This document shows, piece after piece, positions 25,593 through 32,000 of a stretch of DNA of 32,000 nucleotides. The notes under the pieces are model-generated. The model ran no database searches and was not told the origin of the DNA. It worked only from the letters and a program-made list of their open reading frames with translations. Source of the stretch: Candidatus Nitrospira inopinata. Its GTDB lineage: Bacteria > Nitrospirota > Nitrospiria > Nitrospirales > Nitrospiraceae. The stretch is from the NCBI RefSeq assembly GCF_001458695.1, contig NZ_LN885086.1, positions 2,250,001 to 2,282,000 of the forward strand, given 5' to 3'. Numbering within the stretch: position 1 is the stretch's first letter; each line of letters begins with the position of its first letter. The translations under genes and the position numbers were made by a program.

Positions 25593-25901
25593 ATGAAGAG
25601 CCGGTCGATCAAGCTGATGGTCATCATCGTCATCGCGATTGCATACGCGATGGTTGCGCTTCCTTTGCCATACTTGCTGCTCGATCACTCTGCCGCCATG
25701 CAGGCGGGTGATGCGCATCATTCCGACCGTGATGTACATGCCTGGCTTGAATGGGCCGCTAGTTCCTCGCTGACCGAGTCTCCGCCTCCCTTGCCCGCTT
25801 CGCTCGCCCCGTTGCCGGCACCACCTGTTCCATCAGTTATGGTGCGTGCCGTTCTGCCCGATCTCGCCAGCCATTTGCGCGGTCCGCCCGCGTTTGCCTG
25901 A
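25593..25901 (+). CDS. Hypothetical small membrane-anchored protein with His-rich and Pro-rich extracytoplasmic tail
   Basis: The N-terminal TM segment is IKLMVIIVIAIAYAMVALPLPYLLL. It is followed by DHSAAMQAGDAHHSDRDVHAWLEW and a Pro-rich segment. Codon bias is fair. I recognise no family. Confidence 0.4.
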   Translation: MKSRSIKLMVIIVIAIAYAMVALPLPYLLLDHSAAMQAGDAHHSDRDVHAWLEWAASSSLTESPPPLPASLAPLPAPPVPSVMVRAVLPDLASHLRGPPAFA

Positions 25902-26022
25902 TATCACCGTTGTGCCGGCTGTTGATGGAGTGACCGGGCCGTTCAGCGCTGGTGCGCCCCACTGATGCTCTTCGCGGGCAAGGGTGTCACGGAGACTGAA
26001 TCATAATCGAGGAGGAACCATC

Positions 26023-26253
26023 ATGGTTGAAGAACAACGTCGTCGCGTGATCGACGACACTACACCGGTGGATTGGAAGAATGTGGAATGGTTGCGCAAG
26101 TTTCTGACCGAACACGGGCGGATCCTGCCTCGTCGTCTCACGGGCAACAGTTGGCAACGACAACGGGAGATCGCTCGCGCGATCAAACGTGCGCGACACA
26201 TGGCGCTGTTGCCGTTTGGTGGACGGCTGAATGCCGACCGAAACAGAATCTAA
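26023..26253 (+). CDS. rpsR: 30S ribosomal protein S18, Cys-free extra copy
   Basis: [50 protein letters not shown] is the S18 core. A GGAGGA SD lies 6 nt before ATG 26023. The track start 25984 is a GTG extension. There are no cysteines. Confidence 0.9.
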   Translation: MVEEQRRRVIDDTTPVDWKNVEWLRKFLTEHGRILPRRLTGNSWQRQREIARAIKRARHMALLPFGGRLNADRNRI

Positions 26254-26277
26254 GCCCCAGGAGATCAGGAGGTTCTC

Positions 26278-26583
26278 ATGGCGAAACTCAGCAGCGTGTT
26301 GCGCAACGAAAAACGCAAACAGTTGGTCGCCAAGTATGCCGAACAGCGTAAGGCGCTCAAGGCGATCATTAAACGGCACGACAGCACTCCGGAGGAAAAA
26401 CGACGAGCTCAAGACGCACTCAACCGTCTGCCGCGCAACTCATCACCGGTACGGGTGCGGAATCGCTGCGCGCTATCGGGCCGCGTGCGGGGCTACCTGC
26501 GGCGGTTCGGCATCTCACGCATTGACTTTCGATTGCTGGCGCTCAAGGGGGAAATCCCCGGCGTCAGGAAATCGAGCTGGTAA
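26278..26583 (+). CDS. rpsN: 30S ribosomal protein S14, long (101 aa) non-zinc-ribbon form
   Basis: [24 protein letters not shown]...[51 protein letters not shown] is the canonical long S14. It has no CxxC pairs. A CAGGAGG SD is present. Confidence 0.95.
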   Translation: MAKLSSVLRNEKRKQLVAKYAEQRKALKAIIKRHDSTPEEKRRAQDALNRLPRNSSPVRVRNRCALSGRVRGYLRRFGISRIDFRLLALKGEIPGVRKSSW

Positions 26584-26609
26584 ACCAGGCGAAGCGAAGG
26601 GAGGCACCG

Positions 26610-26864
26610 ATGAAGCCGGGTATTCATCCGACGAACTACCGTCCCGTCGTCTTCCATGACGTGGCGATCGACAAACGGTGGATCATGATGTCCACCGTTG
26701 AGACTCACGAAACGACGGTCTGGGAAGACGGCCGAACCTATCCACTCTACAGAGTGGAAACGTCCATGTACTCGCATCCGCTGTACACGGGGACCCAGCG
26801 GATTGTCGATGCCGAGGGGCGGGTTGAGAAATTCAACAAGAAGTATCGTCTTCACCGAACATGA
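26610..26864 (+). CDS. rpmE2: 50S ribosomal protein L31 type B (zinc-independent paralog type)
   Basis: MKPGIHPTNYRPVVFHD...YPLYRVETSMYSHPLYTGTQRIVDAEGRVEKFNKKY matches the L31 type B pattern and lacks the CxxC motif. An AAGGGAGG SD is present. Confidence 0.95.
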   Translation: MKPGIHPTNYRPVVFHDVAIDKRWIMMSTVETHETTVWEDGRTYPLYRVETSMYSHPLYTGTQRIVDAEGRVEKFNKKYRLHRT

Positions 26865-26964
26865 GCAAGCCGCAGGATCAAGTCTGCCTGAAGAGCAGGC
26901 GGCGAGCATTGAGCGACGGATTCCACCATCGAGCGGTGACGAGCAATGGAAAGGGAGCCTGTTG

Positions 26965-28149
26965 ATGCACAAAGTGAGCGTGATCGTGGTGTCGGGATTT
27001 GTCGGCGCCGGAAAGACCACTCTAGTGGGCCATCTTGTCCAAGAATTGGGTCCGGCACGAACCGCCGTCATGGCGGAAGCTGGTTCAGTCTGGGTCCCAG
27101 AGGAGGTGGAAGCCAATCTGTCGTGTGATCGGCATGGTGCCCGTGATCCTTGTTCGTTTCGGCGGCGTCTTGCCGACGCGATCATGGAGGCGGCCCGCTT
27201 CGGGCGGTGCGAGACCATTCTGATCGAAAATTCCGGTGGGACGGATCCGCTGCTTGTCGCCAATCTGTTCGAGGCACACACTCCCGATGGCGACGCGCTG
27301 TCCATGGTCGCCCGGCTTGATCATCTGATCACCGTCATCGATGCCGAGCGGTTCTGGCTGGATTATGAATCGGGAGACACGCTGGGGGAGCGGGGAGTCA
27401 GGTGGGGGCCGGATCGTGACCGGGCTGTGGCCGAACTCCTCGCCGACCAGGTGGAATGTGCCACGGCGCTTGTGCTGAACAAGTGCGATCGCGTGACGCA
27501 GGACGAACGGCTGCGTCTTGAGCGGTTTCTGCGATTGGCCAATCCCGATGCGGCTTTGGTGACCGTGTCATCGGGAAGACCTGGATCAATCGCGAGTTCG
27601 CTTCCGGCTGGCGGGAGCAGTGATATCAAGCCGGGATGGATGCAACTGCTGAGCGGCGATCTTTTGGCCGATCATCAATGTGCCATGGACGGTCTGTTGG
27701 TGTACCGAGCGAAGCGTCCTTTTCATCCGATGCGATTCTGGCAGTTCATTCAGGATGAGTGGCCGGGCGTGATGCGCTCCAAGGGATACTTCTGGATCGC
27801 CTCGCAACCCAAGACTTGTTACATGTGGTCGCAGGCCGGGGCCAACTGCCTTTACGAGCGGTTGGGCCGCTGGTGGGTGGCGATTCCGGATCAGCACTGG
27901 CCGAAGGGAGAAGGGGCGCTCGAGGAGCTGCGGAAGGTGTGGGATCTCGAATTCGGGGATCGCCGGATCGAGCTGGCCTTTATCGGGGAACACATGGATC
28001 GTTCCGCTTTGACGAGACGACTGGATGAGTGTCTCTTGACGAGGGACGAACTGTGCCTGGACGAAGAACTCTGGCGTGCATTTCGAGATCCCTTCAAAAA
28101 AGCGAGCTGGGAGAAACGGCATGGTCGATCGGAATGGCGGCATCGCTGA
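26965..28149 (+). CDS. COG0523-family (CobW/YjiA/ZigA-like) P-loop GTPase, putative metallochaperone, lacking the canonical CxCC motif
   Basis: The start is chosen at ATG 26965 (MHKVSVIVVSGFVGAGKTTL, Walker A). Other motifs are ILIENSGGTDP (switch/Walker B region), LNKCD (NKxD), and a CobW_C-like C-terminus (RSKGYFWIASQP...GDRRIELAFIG). The track ORF start at 26698 overlaps the L31 gene and is rejected. Confidence 0.88.
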   Translation: MHKVSVIVVSGFVGAGKTTLVGHLVQELGPARTAVMAEAGSVWVPEEVEANLSCDRHGARDPCSFRRRLADAIMEAARFGRCETILIENSGGTDPLLVANLFEAHTPDGDALSMVARLDHLITVIDAERFWLDYESGDTLGERGVRWGPDRDRAVAELLADQVECATALVLNKCDRVTQDERLRLERFLRLANPDAALVTVSSGRPGSIASSLPAGGSSDIKPGWMQLLSGDLLADHQCAMDGLLVYRAKRPFHPMRFWQFIQDEWPGVMRSKGYFWIASQPKTCYMWSQAGANCLYERLGRWWVAIPDQHWPKGEGALEELRKVWDLEFGDRRIELAFIGEHMDRSALTRRLDECLLTRDELCLDEELWRAFRDPFKKASWEKRHGRSEWRHR

Positions 28150-28191
28150 CGGCCGCCTTGACGGGTCAGCGAAGCTCGAAAGGAGGAGATC

Positions 28192-28428
28192 ATGGGACAA
28201 TATTGTCAAGTGACGGGCAAGCGACCGGTGTTCGGCAACAATGTAAGTCACGCGAACAACAAAACCAGGCGGCGCTTTCTACCGAATCTGCAGCGGAAAC
28301 GCTACCTCTTGAAAGACGAGAACCGCTGGATCACCCTGACCGTCTCCACCCACGGGATGAAGATCATCGACAAGAAGGGCCTCGCCAGGGTCGTAGCCGA
28401 GATGCGGGCGGCTGGAGAGAAGGTTTAG
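28192..28428 (+). CDS. rpmB: 50S ribosomal protein L28, extra copy
   Basis: [38 protein letters not shown]...[17 protein letters not shown] is the canonical L28 core. An AGGAGGAG SD is present. Confidence 0.9.
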   Translation: MGQYCQVTGKRPVFGNNVSHANNKTRRRFLPNLQRKRYLLKDENRWITLTVSTHGMKIIDKKGLARVVAEMRAAGEKV

Positions 28429-28449
28429 CTGAGACAAGGGAGGGGCATC

Positions 28450-28611
28450 ATGCGTGAGGTCATTGCGATCGCTTGTATCATCGGCTGCGACACACCGGGC
28501 AAGTCGATCTATTGGACGACGAAGAATAAGAAAAATGATCCGGACCGGATCGAACTGAAGAAATATTGTTCCTTCTGCCGCAAGCACGCGGTGCACAAGG
28601 AAAAGCGGTAA
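28450..28611 (+). CDS. rpmG: 50S ribosomal protein L33 (53 aa), extra copy retaining four cysteines
   Basis: This ORF is below the track size cutoff and was hand-translated: [79 protein letters not shown] is the L33 signature. A GGGAGGGG SD lies 4 nt upstream. The stop is TAA at 28609-28611. Confidence 0.85.
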   Translation: MREVIAIACIIGCDTPGKSIYWTTKNKKNDPDRIELKKYCSFCRKHAVHKEKR

Positions 28612-28745
28612 GAGCGCTATAAGGGCTCCTCGACTCCACAGCCTCTTGGCGACCGATGATTCGCTTCTCTGGCTTCGCCAAAGGTGTGGGTCTTCGTTCT
28701 CCGATTTTTGATGGCGATGTGAGGAGAGAGACACCTCTGGCTCGA

Positions 28746-28928
28746 TCACCCACGAGGTTTCGTTTGGTTCGACGATGCGTGGGTGTGAATGAGCCGATGG
28801 GCTCTCTGGATCAAGCGCTGCCGGCGGGCCAGGCGGGACGCATACACCAATTGGCTGCCGCAAGCCAACCACAAAAATGGGGGAGCAAAGATGCCGATCG
28901 TCACGAGTAGCAATAGTTTCGTGAGCAT
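28746..28928 (-). CDS. Hypothetical small membrane protein (60 aa)
   Basis: A GGAGG SD lies 6 nt upstream of the ATG. The N-terminal helix is MLTKLLLLVTIGIFAPPFLWLA, followed by a basic tail. It has no recognisable family and is divergent from the kinase gene. Confidence 0.35.
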   Translation of the reverse strand: MLTKLLLLVTIGIFAPPFLWLACGSQLVYASRLARRQRLIQRAHRLIHTHASSNQTKPRG

Positions 28929-29046
28929 GAACGCCTCCGCTTGATGAAGGTGCTGAACTCTTATCGGTCGGCCAAGAGAAAAGATTGAGCCTGCCGGTCA
29001 TGCCCGCCATGTTCGGCTTATTGGATAAATCGACCGTTAGAAGAGC

Positions 29047-29074
29047 GTGAACCGGCCGTTCATGGATGAACCGT
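29047..29074 (+). promoter_or_regulatory. Direct repeat (G/A)TGAACCG(G/T) x2, candidate LytTR-regulator binding site
   Basis: TGAACCG occurs at 29048-29054 and 29067-29073, 19 bp start to start. The palindrome GTTCAT-GG-ATGAAC lies between and overlaps them. The repeats sit about 90-110 nt upstream of the kinase start. Confidence 0.3.
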
Positions 29075-29159
29075 TGAGCTCTTGGTGCAGCTGCTGAATA
29101 CTTCGCCACCAGGCAAACGCCCAACCAATCGACTCAACAAGAGAGGAAATCATCGCGTG

Positions 29160-31208
29160 ATGGTGGACCTTGCCACGGATATCGCCCATCAGATCGGGTT
29201 TTTGACGGGGATGGTGCTCTACGCCGTGTTGCTGGCCATGGTGCTGGCGAAGTCGGTCTCGGTTTCTGCGGAGGGAGGGACGACAAGACGTTGGCATGAG
29301 CGGTTGCCGATTCCCCTCGCGATCGCCGTCCTCGGGTTGCTCTGGAACCTGGCCGGCCTCGCCTCGGGGCTGGTGCCGGCCCACACGCCCGTCGTCACTC
29401 CGGCTTTGTTGTCGTTCGTGGCCGTGTCAACGTTGAGCGGGCTGCCGGCGTTGGCGCTCCATTCCGTGTGGCAGGCGGCTGTTGGAGAGATGAGAAGACT
29501 GCTGGGTTTGGTGGTGCTGGGCGGTTACGGATTAAGTGTCGCGACCCTGTTGTGGAACGGCTGGGCGCTGGCATCCGGCGATCCGGTTCCTGATCCCGAT
29601 GCATGGCGGATGCTCACCGGAGGGTTTCTCTTTTTGTTTTGCGCCTTGCTCGTGATCATGAAACAGGCCTTGACCGGTCACAGCGGACTTGTGCTGGTCC
29701 TGCTGGCTGTCTGTTCGGTTGCGGCATTGCCGATCAGTCACCATTCCACGGACGGACTGCCCTGGTGGCTGGATTTTCTGGGCCACCATGCATCCCTTCC
29801 CATTGCCGTCGCCGTGCTCTATCGCGATTACCGATTTGCTTTCGTCGATAGGTTTATCAGCAAAGCCCTGTCGTTCTTGTCGCTGGTTAGCGTCACGGTC
29901 GGCTGCCATGTCTTGCTTGTGGCTGTAGCTCCCTGGGTTGATGGTGGTACGACGCCTCGTTTTTCACCAGTGATCTCCGCCTTGATGATTTCATTGTGGG
30001 TTGCGACGGCCTTGGGATATCCCTGGTTGGAACGGAAGGTGACGTGGCTGATTGATCGGTTCATCCTTGAGCGGCCTGACTATCAGGGATTGCGTCGCCG
30101 GTTGGGCTCCCGCTTGGATGAATTGGACACGGTGGAAGCTGTGTTGGGGGAACTGTGTCAGACGTTGCAACAGGCACTACGGTCTCGAGAAGTTCAATGG
30201 GAGCAGGTTGCGACAATTCCTTCGTTGCCTCGTCTGGCCGAGGGCCATTGCAAGACTGATGGAGGGCAAAAGCGTGCACCAGTCGAGCAAGAGATTCCCA
30301 TTCTCACGACCCAGGGAAGTCTGATGATGATTGTGCCGACGTGGGAGTCGCCCCGTTACCGCGTGATAGTGGCTGCACGTGAAGATGGGCACCGGTTTCT
30401 CTCGGAAGAATTGACGCTGGTGGAAGAGGCGGCATTGCTTGCCGCGCGGCGGATCGACGTGCTACGCACGAGCCATGAACGATGCGAAATTGCTCTTCGG
30501 GAGCAAGAGATGCAAAAACTCGCCACCGAAGCGGAATTGCGGGCACTGCGCGCGCAGGTGAATCCCCATTTCTTGTTCAACGCGCTCAACACCGTCGGCT
30601 ATCTCATTGATACGGCGCCAGCCCGGGCCGCCGCCACCTTGCGGGATCTCACGTATCTGCTACGAAACATTCTCCGCCGGATGGAAGACAACTTCACTAC
30701 GCTGGGCGAGGAACTCGATCTGGTACGCGCCTATCTCGACATTGAACGGGCGCGATTCGAAGAGCGCTTATCCGTTCAGATCGAGGTGCCTCGGGAGCTG
30801 CACAGAACGACGGTCCCGGCACTGGTGCTTCAACCGCTGGTGGAAAATGCCGTCAAACATGGCATCCAGCCGTCGATGCGTGGTGGAGCAATCCGCATCA
30901 CTGCCTGGCTGACGCCCCAGTCGGCCATGCAGGGCTGTCCCCGCCTGTCGCCGCAATTGCTCTGTTTAGAGATTGCTGATACGGGCGTAGGCGCCTCCGA
31001 AGAGGCCTTGAAGCGAGGCCGGGAGCGGGGGATCGGTTTATCCAACGTGGAGAACCGACTTCGATGCCTCTATGGAGCCTGGGCCTCATTGCGGATTGTC
31101 AGCACGTCGGGCGTGGGCACGACGGTCACGGTTCAACTTCCCGTCGATGAGCCGGCGGTGCCGTCGGTATCATCCACCTCCGTGGCAGTGGGGAGAGGGG
31201 TGGCATGA
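29160..31208 (+). CDS. LytS/AlgZ-type sensor histidine kinase (His_kinase plus HATPase_c) with a large polytopic N-terminal domain
   Basis: LRAQVNPHFLFNALNTVGYLI is the PF06580-type phosphoacceptor signature. HATPase motifs are LVLQPLVENAVKHGI, IADTGVG and GIGLSNVENRL. The N-terminal ~330 aa contains about 8 hydrophobic helices. The start is ATG 29160 or GTG 29157, after a GAGAGGAAA SD. The track start is TTG 29082. Confidence 0.85.
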   Translation: MVDLATDIAHQIGFLTGMVLYAVLLAMVLAKSVSVSAEGGTTRRWHERLPIPLAIAVLGLLWNLAGLASGLVPAHTPVVTPALLSFVAVSTLSGLPALALHSVWQAAVGEMRRLLGLVVLGGYGLSVATLLWNGWALASGDPVPDPDAWRMLTGGFLFLFCALLVIMKQALTGHSGLVLVLLAVCSVAALPISHHSTDGLPWWLDFLGHHASLPIAVAVLYRDYRFAFVDRFISKALSFLSLVSVTVGCHVLLVAVAPWVDGGTTPRFSPVISALMISLWVATALGYPWLERKVTWLIDRFILERPDYQGLRRRLGSRLDELDTVEAVLGELCQTLQQALRSREVQWEQVATIPSLPRLAEGHCKTDGGQKRAPVEQEIPILTTQGSLMMIVPTWESPRYRVIVAAREDGHRFLSEELTLVEEAALLAARRIDVLRTSHERCEIALREQEMQKLATEAELRALRAQVNPHFLFNALNTVGYLIDTAPARAAATLRDLTYLLRNILRRMEDNFTTLGEELDLVRAYLDIERARFEERLSVQIEVPRELHRTTVPALVLQPLVENAVKHGIQPSMRGGAIRITAWLTPQSAMQGCPRLSPQLLCLEIADTGVGASEEALKRGRERGIGLSNVENRLRCLYGAWASLRIVSTSGVGTTVTVQLPVDEPAVPSVSSTSVAVGRGVA

Positions 31209-31996
31209 CGGAGCCGGCGACGAAACTCCGTGTCATCGTCGCGGATGACGAGCGGCCGGCGCGCGCCGTCTTAATCAAACTGCTCGGATCATTTTCCGAT
31301 GTCGAGCTGGTGGGCGAAGCGGAAAACGGGCCGGCAACAGTCGAACTGATCAACCATGCCAATCCCGACCTGGCCTTGATCGATCTCCAAATGCCAGGGC
31401 TAGATGGGCTGGGCGTGGCGCGAAAATTCAAGACCGCGGATCGTCCATTAATCGTGTTTGTCACCGCCTACGATGAATATGCAGTGGGGGCGTTCGAAGT
31501 GGACGCGATGGATTATCTGTTAAAACCGGTGGACCGCAAACGATTGGCCGAGACATTGGCACGGGCCCGTACAAGACTTGAACAATTGGCCCTGACCGAC
31601 GGCGAGGCGCCTGATCTGGAGCCGGCTCGGGCGGAGGAGTCCCCCAACGGGATGCCGTGCTTTCTCGAACGGATCCCCGTCCGTCAAAAGGACGACATCA
31701 TTCTCTTGCCGGTCAATCAGATTGCCTCGGTCGTGGCCGACGGCGAGTTGTTGTATCTGACGACAATCCGGAAAGAACGGCATGTGATCAACTATCGCCT
31801 CAAGGCCCTTGAGCGGCGATTGGATCCCCGACGATTCATTCGAATCGACCGTGGTTCGATCATCAATATCGAATGTCTCAGTCGCGTCACCCCCATGCCG
31901 GGCGGCGTCTTTCTGGTCACGCTCGCGAACACTCAACAGCTCAAAGTAAGCCGCGCCCAGTCGCGCCTGCTGCGCAAGCGGCTGCTCAGACTGTAA
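31205..31996 (+). CDS. LytTR-family response regulator (REC plus LytTR DNA-binding domain)
   Basis: The REC domain shows RVIVADDERPAR...PDLALIDLQMPGLDG...VFVTAYDEYA..A...DYLLKP. The LytTR domain shows IPVRQKDDIILLPVNQIASVVADGELLYLTT...LKALERRLDPRRFIRIDRGSIINI. Its ATG overlaps the kinase stop (ATGA at 31205-31208). Confidence 0.9.
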   Translation: MTEPATKLRVIVADDERPARAVLIKLLGSFSDVELVGEAENGPATVELINHANPDLALIDLQMPGLDGLGVARKFKTADRPLIVFVTAYDEYAVGAFEVDAMDYLLKPVDRKRLAETLARARTRLEQLALTDGEAPDLEPARAEESPNGMPCFLERIPVRQKDDIILLPVNQIASVVADGELLYLTTIRKERHVINYRLKALERRLDPRRFIRIDRGSIINIECLSRVTPMPGGVFLVTLANTQQLKVSRAQSRLLRKRLLRL

Positions 31997-32000
31997 AGCG

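Noticed and set aside
25981-26022. A possible Zur box directly upstream of the S18 paralog (TGAATCATAATCGA).
   Set aside because: It has only weak dyad symmetry and overlaps the SD. It does not match the Fur-family consensus sequences I can recall.
26698-26964. An N-terminal 89-aa extension of the COG0523 ORF in the track.
   Set aside because: It overlaps the L31 type B gene. The family N-terminus (Walker A within the first 20 aa) starts at ATG 26965, which has an upstream SD.
1-32000. A search for CRISPR arrays, tRNA or rRNA genes, transposase or integrase genes, long terminal inverted repeats, and toxin-antitoxin or phage-defence gene sets.
   Set aside because: I saw no periodic repeat-spacer structure, no tRNA-like T-arm or acceptor signatures, and no ORF with recombinase, nuclease or defence-type motifs. 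The window looks like core chromosome plus a metal-homeostasis region.

Overview
This is a GC-rich bacterial chromosomal window, roughly 60% GC by eye. Pal, a TolC-family outer-membrane factor and a GspC-like protein indicate a diderm organism. I did not find rRNA, tRNA, CRISPR arrays, transposases or integrases. About 30 protein genes can be supported.

Gene order:
- A truncated GspC-like gene, then a TPR protein and SixA.
- A minus-strand block: a YyaL(DUF255)-aldo/keto reductase fusion, Pal, Ppx/GppA and two tandem thymidylate-kinase-like paralogs.
- An ACT-malic enzyme, a J-domain protein, RNase D and an ArsC/Spx-family protein.
- Citrate synthase, Hsp20 and a TrmH-family methyltransferase.
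- A translationally coupled three-gene heavy-metal RND efflux operon.
- A six-gene block of extra ribosomal proteins (S18, S14, L31 type B, L28, L33) around a COG0523 GTPase.
- A LytS-type kinase with a LytTR response regulator.

Most notable observations:
1. The RND pump ORF runs without a stop into a 13th TM helix and a CxxCH cytochrome c domain.
2. The zinc-sparing-type ribosomal paralog cluster has a COG0523 member that lacks the CxCC motif. Its L33 copy (absent from the ORF track) keeps four cysteines.
3. The YyaL-AKR fusion is 1226 aa.
4. In the ppx-linked pair of Tmk-like paralogs, one copy has a Lys-to-Arg Walker A.
5. A ~530 bp AT-rich non-coding island contains a perfect AT-only palindrome and an orphan terminator hairpin.

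All functional calls come from motif recognition by eye, not from database searches.
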